Positions 37,779 to 45,223 of a DNA stretch of 54,190 bases are shown here, one piece after another. The notes beneath the pieces are model-generated. The model had not been told where the DNA came from, ran no database searches, and saw only the letters and a list, made by a program, of their open reading frames with translations. Source of the DNA: a virus (lineage: Duplodnaviria > Caudoviricetes). Within the stretch, counting starts at the first letter, position 1. Each line of letters begins with the position of its first letter. The stretch is taken from IMG/VR virus record IMGVR_UViG_3300010370_000050, positions 1 to 54,190 of that record; one strand, given 5' to 3'. Made by a program: the position numbers and the translations under genes.

Positions 37779-38068
37779 GAAAGATGCACACCCCAGATGC
37801 CAAGCCTCTGTACGGAGGGAAGAAGAGACACGCTCTCCTTTCGGACGAAGGGTTCTGCCTGAACCAGGTGTCGATTGAGAAGCTGGGGTCACAGAAGAAG
37901 TTCAAGGTCCACATCCTGTCACCCCTTGGGCTGAACCGTAGGGTTGTGTCCTTCGTGACCATCTTCGACAGGCGTTACATCGCAGACGTGGTTACAGGAA
38001 CGCTGTACTCCACCATCACTGGACGCTGCATGACTAGTGATCAGCGCAGAATTGTGAGTGTGCAATGA
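37766..38068 (+). CDS. Hypothetical protein
   Basis: ADVVTGTLY...GRCMTS; start uncertain. Confidence 0.55.
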   Translation: MRSIGKMHTPDAKPLYGGKKRHALLSDEGFCLNQVSIEKLGSQKKFKVHILSPLGLNRRVVSFVTIFDRRYIADVVTGTLYSTITGRCMTSDQRRIVSVQ

Positions 38069-38532
38069 AGTTCAACAGCATCGAGAGTGCGCTGACGTTT
38101 GCGTTCTCTGTGCGTGAGCGCCAGGACTATGCGCGTCTCGACCTGCTGGGGGTGCGGTCAACAGGCGGTGATCGGATGACACCGTTGGATCTTCATGCAC
38201 AGGGGGCGATGATCATCTCCCGGGTAAACACATTGCCCGATGTGGAGATGCTTACGGTGTACGCACAGTGGGCGTACGGGAAAGAAAGGGATCTAGCAGT
38301 AGGGAGTTGGGCCCAGATCCATGCAGAGGGATTGGGCGTATCTGTATCTCAGGCGAGAGACAGTCTGTCGAACTGGGTGAAGAGATCCCCGAGTCTTCGC
38401 AAGATAGCGGCAGATCACGGGGCCTCATATCGACAGGCGAATACGTGGAGGAAGAAGGTCCTCGACACGTTCTTGCCGATGCAGCGCAGGGCATTGGACT
38501 CCCTGCACGATCAGCTAATCGATCGCAGTTGA
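38065..38532 (+). CDS. Putative late transcription regulator (Q-like)
   Basis: Last gene of the rightward operon; C-terminal HTH-like SLRKIAADHGASYRQA. Confidence 0.5.
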   Translation: MKFNSIESALTFAFSVRERQDYARLDLLGVRSTGGDRMTPLDLHAQGAMIISRVNTLPDVEMLTVYAQWAYGKERDLAVGSWAQIHAEGLGVSVSQARDSLSNWVKRSPSLRKIAADHGASYRQANTWRKKVLDTFLPMQRRALDSLHDQLIDRS

Positions 38533-38712
38533 CGGGTTCTTCGGTGGCCTCCCGGCCTTTGACTTCTTGATCACCAGCTTCCGCGGCACCATCCACACGG
38601 AAGCGAACTTCACTGCACCGATCACACGCCCCGCCTTGAGCAGGTAGTGCATGCGTTGGGTGCTGAACCCGAGCTGCTCACAAGCTTCCTTGACGGAGAT
38701 GTACTTGCTCAT
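38515..38712 (-). CDS. HTH DNA-binding protein with AT-hook-like tail
   Basis: ISVKEACEQLGFSTQRMHYLLKAGRV.GA.K....WMVP; AGRPPK. Confidence 0.8.
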   Translation of the reverse strand: MSKYISVKEACEQLGFSTQRMHYLLKAGRVIGAVKFASVWMVPRKLVIKKSKAGRPPKNPSTAID

Positions 38713-38715
38713 GGC

Positions 38716-39051
38716 TCACTCTACCTCATCAGGGCTGTGGGCTGCGGTCTCGACGGCGTCCTGCATTCTCTGTGCCCAGCCCATCGCCTCTTCGAAATCC
38801 TGCTCGGTGAATCCGGCAAGCTCGGTCATGTTCATGAAGACCACAGAGGCGCAGTTTGAGCAGGAATCCCTGAGGGTTTCGAGCGCAGGCTCAGGTGCAT
38901 CCACGCCATCAATGATCGCTCGGTTGATGATGCAGAAAGCCTGGAGGTGATAGCAGGTCTTGACGTAATCGGCAAAGCGCTCTCCCTTGTGGGCCGCAAT
39001 GGACACGAGGAAGTCAGCGACGGTTTGAACAGCTCGATGTCTCTTGTTCAT
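38716..39051 (-). CDS. Hypothetical protein
   Basis: In operon; AGGA RBS. Confidence 0.55.
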   Translation of the reverse strand: MNKRHRAVQTVADFLVSIAAHKGERFADYVKTCYHLQAFCIINRAIIDGVDAPEPALETLRDSCSNCASVVFMNMTELAGFTEQDFEEAMGWAQRMQDAVETAAHSPDEVE

Positions 39052-39053
39052 AG

Positions 39054-39233
39054 TTAAGGTTTCCTAGTTGTTGGTGATCTTTCCTTGGTCGAGAAGCGTG
39101 CCTTGCAGTGGGTGCATTCACGCCTCCGTTCCACGTAGTAGTAGCCGCGGGTTGGTTCCCACCAGTGCCTGGTCTCGAGGACCTTGGTCTTGTAGGCCTC
39201 GCCGTCCGGTGCCCTGCAGTAGGGGCACTGCAT
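39054..39233 (-). CDS. NrdR-N-like zinc-ribbon protein
   Basis: MQCPYC...TKVLETR...RRRECTHCKARFSTKE; GGAGG RBS. Confidence 0.75.
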   Translation of the reverse strand: MQCPYCRAPDGEAYKTKVLETRHWWEPTRGYYYVERRRECTHCKARFSTKERSPTTRKP

Positions 39234-39499
39234 TACATGGACCTCCAAAGGGCGCGACCTAGCAGGTTCAGGGCGACGACGACTGCGAACCAGAGGGTGA
39301 GTCCGAAGATCCACTCGGGTAGCTTCCAGCGGATCCAGGACCAGGGCGTCTTGCCGAAAGCCATAATGTCCTGGACCCAGAGTTGGTCGTACTCAACGTA
39401 GTTGTTGAGCGGGGGCTGGTAGTTGCTGCCGATCTTGACCTTCTTGCCTGGGGCAATCGGGATGGGGACGATTTCGTTGTCGCGGATGATGTGAGCCAT
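39233..39499 (-). CDS. Membrane-anchored hypothetical protein
   Basis: VKIGSNYQPP...DQLWVQ; C-terminal membrane helix. Confidence 0.65.
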   Translation of the reverse strand: MAHIIRDNEIVPIPIAPGKKVKIGSNYQPPLNNYVEYDQLWVQDIMAFGKTPWSWIRWKLPEWIFGLTLWFAVVVALNLLGRALWRSM

Positions 39500-39738
39500 T
39501 AGTTTTCTCCTGTTGCTTTGGCGGTGGCGTGTTGAGCCTCACGTTCTATCGTTCTGGACCAGTGCCGGTTATCCACCAGGGATATGTTGAGGATTGTGTG
39601 TAGCGCGCCCAATAGATCTTGGTTCACGGCATGTAATCGGCGCAGTTCGGCGGCAATGTACGGGGCAAGGTATAGCTTCGCATTCACCGGGTCTTCGAGT
39701 TGTGCAGCCAACCGCAGGGCTTCTGGTTGTGTGTTCAT
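39499..39738 (-). CDS. Hypothetical protein
   Basis: QPEALRLA...AAELRRLH...AKATGE; AGGAG RBS. Confidence 0.7.
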   Translation of the reverse strand: MNTQPEALRLAAQLEDPVNAKLYLAPYIAAELRRLHAVNQDLLGALHTILNISLVDNRHWSRTIEREAQHATAKATGEN

Positions 39739-39777
39739 GTGTTTCTCCTATGAAAGAAGGGGCCGAAGCCCCGGGAA

Positions 39778-40572
39778 TTAAGCGGCGAACTCTTCGGTCA
39801 AGGACCAGAGCTCTTTGTTGATGCGAAGGGTCTCGGCAACCGCGGTGATGCGCTTGGTGTTGGAGATGGACCCGTCGGTCTTGCGGACAGAGAATCCGCC
39901 GCGCATCAGGGTCTCTTGCACCCTGTTGTAGACACCCCAGAGGTTGTTCGAGGTGTCGTTGAAGCGACGGCGACGGGCCAGGGCATCAGGGCTGATGACG
40001 GTGGCCGTATCACCCAGGCGGATCTTCGAGGCGCGGACCTGGAACTCACGGATCATGGCGTCGGTCATGTCCTTAGCCTTCCACTCGGAGACCTTGTCTT
40101 GCAGCATGGGCAAGCGATCCATGATCGAGTGGGCTGCACCTACGACGCTGCTTGCAAGGCCATCGGTGTGGCGGAAGCGGAAGCTGCCGACCATGGACTC
40201 GGCTACGACCAGGCCGTTGGAGCAGATGAACCGGAAGAGCCCAGCGTGAAGCTGGTAGGACGTGCTCGCATCGTGGGAGTTGACGAGCAAGACCTCGGGC
40301 ACGAAGTCCTGACCCTGCACTCGGTTGTCACGCAGCACGACCATGTGCTTAGCGAACCCACGCTTGTCTGCGATACGGGTACGGGATTCCATGGCACGGG
40401 TGACGGTGAAGCCAGAGTCACGGAGGTTGTTGACCAGCTCGATGGTGGGCGTGAAGGTGTAGCGATCGGACACCTTGTGGTAGGGCTGGGTGGCGAAGAC
40501 TGAAGGGGCGAGGCGCTCGATACGGTCATCAGCGAGGGCAACGTTGGAAGACATGCGGGTGTAAGCGTTCAT
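39778..40572 (-). CDS. DUF932-family protein
   Basis: APSVFA...SDRY.F.PT, KHMV, NSHDASTSYQLHAGLFRFICSNGLV, LWGVYNRVQE. Confidence 0.9.
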   Translation of the reverse strand: MNAYTRMSSNVALADDRIERLAPSVFATQPYHKVSDRYTFTPTIELVNNLRDSGFTVTRAMESRTRIADKRGFAKHMVVLRDNRVQGQDFVPEVLLVNSHDASTSYQLHAGLFRFICSNGLVVAESMVGSFRFRHTDGLASSVVGAAHSIMDRLPMLQDKVSEWKAKDMTDAMIREFQVRASKIRLGDTATVISPDALARRRRFNDTSNNLWGVYNRVQETLMRGGFSVRKTDGSISNTKRITAVAETLRINKELWSLTEEFAA

Positions 40573-40617
40573 GTGAAACTCCTTGAGATAAGCCCCAGGA
40601 ATTGGGGCAGTGATTGA

Positions 40618-40646
40618 ATTAGAACAAAACCGTTGGAGAAAACCAA
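40618..40646 (-). promoter_or_regulatory. Early promoter copy 3
   Basis: TTGGTT-ttctccaacggttttgt(17)-TCTAAT. Confidence 0.7.
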
Positions 40647-40650
40647 AAAG

Positions 40651-41499
40651 CTAGGCAGCAAGAAGGAGACGCTCAAGCTTGGCGTCATAGGTCTTGACGA
40701 GGTGATCGGTGGCAGCAGGTGACATGATCGTGTCCCTCTCGAGCCCATCGCAGGTCAGAAGGATCTTGAAGGCAACCCGATCAGCCAACCAGGCAACGTG
40801 CTCTTCTGCCTTGTGGCTGTGCCTGTTGTGGTTCACGGCCACATTGGTGCTGTCGCTCGAGTCAAAGTCGTAGAGGTGGGCCATCGACTGAGCTCTCATC
40901 ATGTGGATCCATGGCCTACGGTAGGCACCATTGCTCTCGGCGCACATCGTGTCCACTGCCTTGAGCGCAGCCTGGATACGCTCGTGCCACTCAGGGGTCC
41001 CGACCTTGGCGTACTGACCTGAGCTACCGATGGCCACGTACTCGAACCCTGCCTCGATCAGGCCAGTGAGGCGGTGGATTGGCTCGTGCATGTGCCAGAC
41101 CACCATCATCCGGTGCATTGGTAGATCAACGCCCTCGAGCTCGAGCTCCGAGCAGATGAAGTCGTTGGTCATCTCGTCGTTGGCGATGGCGTCCCCGTCG
41201 ATGACGTCGGGCACCACGCACACGGCCTGAGGGCAGCGCTGCAGGATGTCCGATGCCCACCTTGCGAAGCCGTGCCAGTACTCACGGTCCATCTTCTGGC
41301 CTGACATCCAGGCGCTGAAGGCCCCGTTGTCCACCATGAGGATCTCATCCTGGCCGACGAGGTCGATGATCTTGTCGAGTTGCTTGCCGAGCCTCTGCCT
41401 GGACCAGTAGCTCACGCAGAAGGACCGGCCACTGAGCTGCTCGATGAGGTGGCTGGGGTTGATCGGGGTGCCGTAGACGATGCGCTTTCTCATGGTCAA
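40651..41499 (-). CDS. TGT (queuine tRNA-ribosyltransferase)-fold-like protein
   Basis: MVDNGAFS, PDVI, VVWH, VAIG, WIHMM, FDSSDST resemble TGT/DpdA barrel motifs. Confidence 0.6.
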   Translation of the reverse strand: MTMRKRIVYGTPINPSHLIEQLSGRSFCVSYWSRQRLGKQLDKIIDLVGQDEILMVDNGAFSAWMSGQKMDREYWHGFARWASDILQRCPQAVCVVPDVIDGDAIANDEMTNDFICSELELEGVDLPMHRMMVVWHMHEPIHRLTGLIEAGFEYVAIGSSGQYAKVGTPEWHERIQAALKAVDTMCAESNGAYRRPWIHMMRAQSMAHLYDFDSSDSTNVAVNHNRHSHKAEEHVAWLADRVAFKILLTCDGLERDTIMSPAATDHLVKTYDAKLERLLLAA

Positions 41500-41744
41500 A
41501 TCTCCTTGCTTAGGGCGGCGGTGAGTTTGAGACGGAGGTCTTCCGCGTAGGCGTTGACTGCCTGGGGCCGGAGAAGAACAGCGAAGGCAAGCTTGACCAC
41601 CTCCTCGTAATTGATCTGATCCACCAGGTCACCGAACTCCTCGAGGCTTAAGGTCTCGAACCGATGCTCGAGCCTTGCCTCTTGTGCCTCTGCCTCATCG
41701 CAGATACGGGCCCACTCACGGTCGCAGAAGGCGTCGTAGTTCAT
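41496..41744 (-). CDS. Acidic hypothetical protein
   Basis: Overlaps both neighbours; D/E-rich. Confidence 0.6.
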   Translation of the reverse strand: MNYDAFCDREWARICDEAEAQEARLEHRFETLSLEEFGDLVDQINYEEVVKLAFAVLLRPQAVNAYAEDLRLKLTAALSKEI

Positions 41745-41932
41745 GCTTCCCCCTTGATGAAGTGCGTTGCGGTATCGAGTGCGTCCTGCATGCTGTCCGT
41801 GTGGTAGGTGGCGGCGAAGTCACGCTTGCCGTCGGTGATGAAGTGGACGATGAACTCGCACCATTCGGGATCGACGTAGACCTTGGCAACACGAGGACCG
41901 AGGTTGAAGGTTGAGACTAAACGTTTGGTCAT
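41741..41932 (-). CDS. Hypothetical protein
   Basis: AKVY.D.EW.EF.V...ATYHTD..DA..TA. Confidence 0.65.
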   Translation of the reverse strand: MTKRLVSTFNLGPRVAKVYVDPEWCEFIVHFITDGKRDFAATYHTDSMQDALDTATHFIKGEA

Positions 41933-41935
41933 GAT

Positions 41936-42238
41936 TCAAGCTCCGGTAAAGACGAGGCGTTTAAGGGTGTCGATGACTTCGTTCATGGCCTGGGCGGGTA
42001 CGGTCCAGTCCTCGATCCCACAATCAAGGGTGAGGCCATAGCGACGGTCACGATTAAGGATCGTGTCGAGGTAGTAGCGGCTGACAAACTGGCCGTACTC
42101 GGTGTGCGGGTAGCGGCTGTCGTAGAACTCCACGAGCGGCATGATTCCCTCGTGAGTGAGGACAAAGTCGAGGCCGAACTTCTCGCCACGGGAAACGATG
42201 CGGACGTTGAACTTGTCTGCTTTGAAGACGATTGACAT
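41936..42238 (-). CDS. Hypothetical early protein
   Basis: GGAG RBS; PLVEFYDSRY...GQFVSRYYLDT...GL.L. Confidence 0.7.
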   Translation of the reverse strand: MSIVFKADKFNVRIVSRGEKFGLDFVLTHEGIMPLVEFYDSRYPHTEYGQFVSRYYLDTILNRDRRYGLTLDCGIEDWTVPAQAMNEVIDTLKRLVFTGA

Positions 42239-42287
42239 GGTGTTATCTCCGGAAAAAAGAAGAGCCCCGAGTGGGGCTGGTAGTTGA

Positions 42288-42683
42288 TTAAGCGATTGCC
42301 CAGTCGGCATCGCCGTATCCGTCCACATGACGGACAGCATCAGACTTGATGGCCTCGAGGATGGCGAAGGCCTCGGTTTTTTCCCAGTCGCTGGTCTCGC
42401 ATGACTGGTACTCGAGGCAGTTGCAAGCTTTGATGATCGCGATCGCCGGGAGGTTCACGTAGGCGATGGGAGCCTGGCGAAACACGAACCCATCGGTAGG
42501 TTCGCTCTCGTTGTAGTGGGTGTTCACGCTGCGGACGTTCTCGGCGTAGAGAGTCGCTGCGACAAGCTCGGCCTTGTCTTGGATCTCGTGCCGCTTGGAA
42601 TCGAAGATGTAGTTGACGCGGTGCTTAGCTGCCCATGAGACGAGGGTGTTGATGTGCAGGGTGGAAACGACGAATGCAGACAT
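42288..42683 (-). CDS. Hypothetical early protein
   Basis: AAGGAG RBS; MSAFVVS..HI...ENVRSVN...CLEYQSCE. Confidence 0.75.
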   Translation of the reverse strand: MSAFVVSTLHINTLVSWAAKHRVNYIFDSKRHEIQDKAELVAATLYAENVRSVNTHYNESEPTDGFVFRQAPIAYVNLPAIAIIKACNCLEYQSCETSDWEKTEAFAILEAIKSDAVRHVDGYGDADWAIA

Positions 42684-42739
42684 GGTGAAACTCCTTGATT
42701 GAATCGGGAAAAAGAAAAGCCCCGAGTGGGGCCGATTGA

Positions 42740-43075
42740 TTACTTGGGTTGGGGGTTAGCGAGGACGGCGTTGAACTTGTCGCTGCCAATGCGCTCGATC
42801 AATTCCTCGACAGAGTCGAGAGCAAAGCGGAACACTTCGCGCTTGGTAAGGCGGCTGTCGGACACGCGGGTGCCGAAAGGACCGCGCACTGGGCAGACGC
42901 TTGCGCCCGACTCGGGATGGCTGACCATCCAGTGACCGCCAGGGGCGATGCGGTGTAGCGCGAGGCGGTGGGTCTCGGTCCCAGCGATGACGATGAGCGG
43001 GGCGTAGTTGGTGGGGATGGGATCGCCCTTGCGGACGAGCATGTTGAAGACGTGCTTAGTGGCGAATTGAGTCAT
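42740..43075 (-). CDS. Hypothetical early protein
   Basis: AGGAG RBS; WMVSHPESG. Confidence 0.65.
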   Translation of the reverse strand: MTQFATKHVFNMLVRKGDPIPTNYAPLIVIAGTETHRLALHRIAPGGHWMVSHPESGASVCPVRGPFGTRVSDSRLTKREVFRFALDSVEELIERIGSDKFNAVLANPQPK

Positions 43076-43119
43076 GGCGTAGCTCCTGAATGAAGGCCCC
43101 GAGGTGGGGCGGTGATTGA

Positions 43120-43148
43120 ATTGTGCAAAAACCGTTGGTCAAAACCAA
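43120..43148 (-). promoter_or_regulatory. Early promoter copy 2
   Basis: TTGGTT-ttgaccaacggtttttg(17)-CACAAT. Confidence 0.7.
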
Positions 43149-43152
43149 AATG

Positions 43153-43920
43153 TTAGACGTGAACAACGAAGCCGGTGTCATCGGCCTTAGCCTTGCCCTT
43201 GGCGTAGAGGGCCACGACAACACCCTGGGGATCTAGGTGGCGGATGTCGGTGTTGTCACCGTCCACGCAAGCCATGCCTTCGAAGTACTGGGGGATCCGC
43301 TCTTGGTGGCTGAAGACGACCGCGATGCGCATGCCCTTGAACTTTGCCTTCTGGACGATAGGCTGGAACTCTTCGACGCCCGAATAGCTGAAGGTATGGT
43401 CGTAGTTGCTGGGGATATCGCGACGGTTAGGAATCTTGGTGTAGTCGTAGAACTGGACGCCCGGGAAGGCCTGGATCACGCCGTAGTTTTCCCAGCGGAT
43501 ATCGGACGTGCCATTGAGCCTAACGAGTAGGCGATCGCCGTACTTGGCGCTGAGCCGGGAAATCTCCTTGTGCAATTGGGCGAGGAACTGCTCTTCGTAC
43601 TGAAGAAAATAGAGAGTCTTGCGAAGCCTGGCCATTTGGACATTGGACATTGCGCCACGTCCTGCCGTAGCAAGACATGCGACGTCGCACTTAGCAGTCT
43701 TGGCCATAGGGCAGAGCTGAACCCCTGAGCCGTCTGCTGGTGTCAGATACAGGATTGCAGTAGCAAAACCTTGCTTAGCGCCCTTGATGGTCTTGGCGTC
43801 GTTACCCACGCCTAAAAGCTTGCTAGGAAACTTCGAAAACAAGCGAACAAGCTTTGGAGACGCAAGAATCTGTTCACGTACAGATGCAGGGATACCGGAC
43901 AAATCGTATTTAATGGACAT
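43153..43920 (-). CDS. Gp88-like protein (Cys cluster, radical-SAM-like)
   Basis: LCPMAKTAKCDVACLATAGRG, VRLNGTSDI, FYDYTK, DGD..D.R..D...VV.L.AKG. Confidence 0.75.
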   Translation of the reverse strand: MSIKYDLSGIPASVREQILASPKLVRLFSKFPSKLLGVGNDAKTIKGAKQGFATAILYLTPADGSGVQLCPMAKTAKCDVACLATAGRGAMSNVQMARLRKTLYFLQYEEQFLAQLHKEISRLSAKYGDRLLVRLNGTSDIRWENYGVIQAFPGVQFYDYTKIPNRRDIPSNYDHTFSYSGVEEFQPIVQKAKFKGMRIAVVFSHQERIPQYFEGMACVDGDNTDIRHLDPQGVVVALYAKGKAKADDTGFVVHV

Positions 43921-43966
43921 GTGAGACACCTTGTGAAAAGAGCAGCTGGACCGCTGCGGTGACTCA

Positions 43967-43995
43967 AATGTGCCAAAACCGTTGCCCAAAACCAA
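43967..43995 (-). promoter_or_regulatory. Early promoter copy 1
   Basis: TTGGTT-ttgggcaacggttttgg(17)-CACATT. Confidence 0.65.
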
Positions 43996-44009
43996 AAAAT
44001 AGGACCGCA

Positions 44010-44740
44010 AAAGGCACTAGCCCAAATTGGCTGAAAGCCTTATGCGACGGGCGTTTGCGCGTGTATATATATTTGGTTGGCCGGGAAAAGCCCTAGCCCC
44101 AAATGGCCGCGGATCCCCCTACTCTCATAGAGAATCTGTAAAGGGAACCAATAGAGGGGAATACAACCCTTTTTTCCGGGTACCGGATCAAACGATCCTA
44201 TTGATGCATAACGAGAATCAATCGATCGAAAACTCGCATGGGGCGCTTTAGTAGGCGCTACCCCACGAAAAACGCCCTTTTCGCCCTAGCGGACCCTGCT
44301 CGAGCCCACAAAGACACCCGGAAACACCCGTTTCGCCCATGTGGATCGGCCCAAATGGCCACTTGGACCACGGCAATCACGGCATGTTTACGCCATAGAC
44401 CCCTAGAAAAGCCCGTATTTACTGGGGAAACCTGCGGATTGTCGATCCGATCGCCTAGCAGAACCCCTCTCTAGACGCCTACCACCCCCCTATAGGCACC
44501 TGGCACCCCCTCCCCAGGGCATACCACCCCCCTACCAGGACCCTAGCCGCCCGACCCGGAGGGTACTGAGCCTCAATACGGTACCCAATCACACGCATTT
44601 CCCCTTCCCATCTCTCTCTACTGGAAAAGAGACCACCCACCCTCCCCTACGGGACCAAGGAAAGCTGACCCCAGGGGTGTATTGAGCCTCTCTCTACGGA
44701 AAATGAGACCGGATACCAGGATTCGTGGCAAAAACATCAA
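44010..44740. other. Non-coding region, likely genome terminus/packaging locus
   Basis: No credible ORF; C-rich runs and recurring CTAG; lies between divergent early promoters and terS. Confidence 0.5.
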
Positions 44741-44746
44741 GGATCC

Positions 44747-44776
44747 TTGACTAAAACGGATCGTTGCTGGTATAAG
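44747..44776 (+). promoter_or_regulatory. Late promoter
   Basis: TTGACT-18-TATAAG with extended -10 TG. Confidence 0.65.
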
Positions 44777-44784
44777 ACGTGCAG

Positions 44785-44922
44785 TTTGGCGCAGTGTTGC
44801 TTCGTTGTACGGCCACTCCCAGCGGAAGGTGGGGCAAAACATCCGCACCCCAGGCCTGACACCCTCAGAAGTACTCCTGGTTAGGTGACTCGGGCGAGTT
44901 GGCCCCGTAAGGGTCTACCAAA
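44785..44922 (+). ncRNA. Candidate structured RNA upstream of terS
   Basis: Nested stems TTTGG/CCAAA, GGCCACTC/GAGTTGGCC, GCGGA/TCCGC, CCAGG/CCTGG, and CCC-GTAA-GGG. Confidence 0.45.
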
Positions 44923-44938
44923 TTTCAAGTTCCACGAT

Positions 44939-45223
44939 ATGGCAAGGACAAAAAAGACTGTCGAACAAGAGCTCGCTGAATACGCAGAGGCAAGAAAGAA
45001 GACCAATGCGGAGATTGTTCGCGAGCGGATCCAGACAGTGAAGCTAGTGGAGCTTTTGAACAGCTACGCTTTAGGGAATTCCAAGGCAAAGCTCACTGGT
45101 CCGCGGCTAAAGGCTATTGAGATGCTCCTCGATAAATCCTTGCCTGACCTTGCGGCGATTAAACATGAGGTTCAGGCACAGCAAGTGACCTTCATGATCG
45201 CAGAAGAGCCTCCAAAGGCTTAA
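44939..45223 (+). CDS. terS: Terminase small subunit
   Basis: VRERIQ...RLKAIEMLLDKSLPDL; coupled to terL. Confidence 0.75.
   Translation: MARTKKTVEQELAEYAEARKKTNAEIVRERIQTVKLVELLNSYALGNSKAKLTGPRLKAIEMLLDKSLPDLAAIKHEVQAQQVTFMIAEEPPKA

Noticed and set aside
39755-44000. CRISPR-like array from the recurring hairpins and promoter boxes
   Set aside because: Repeats are degenerate and separated by whole genes, not 30-40 bp spacers; no cas genes
44027-44848. Short ORFs in the presumed terminal region
   Set aside because: No RBS, atypical composition, no recognisable motifs
44785-44922. tRNA (TGGCGCAG start, ...CTACCA end) or cobalamin riboswitch (GCCACT...GGAAGG)
   Set aside because: No TTCRA T-loop or cloverleaf spacing, and the 5' half of the B12 element is absent; kept only as an unknown structured RNA
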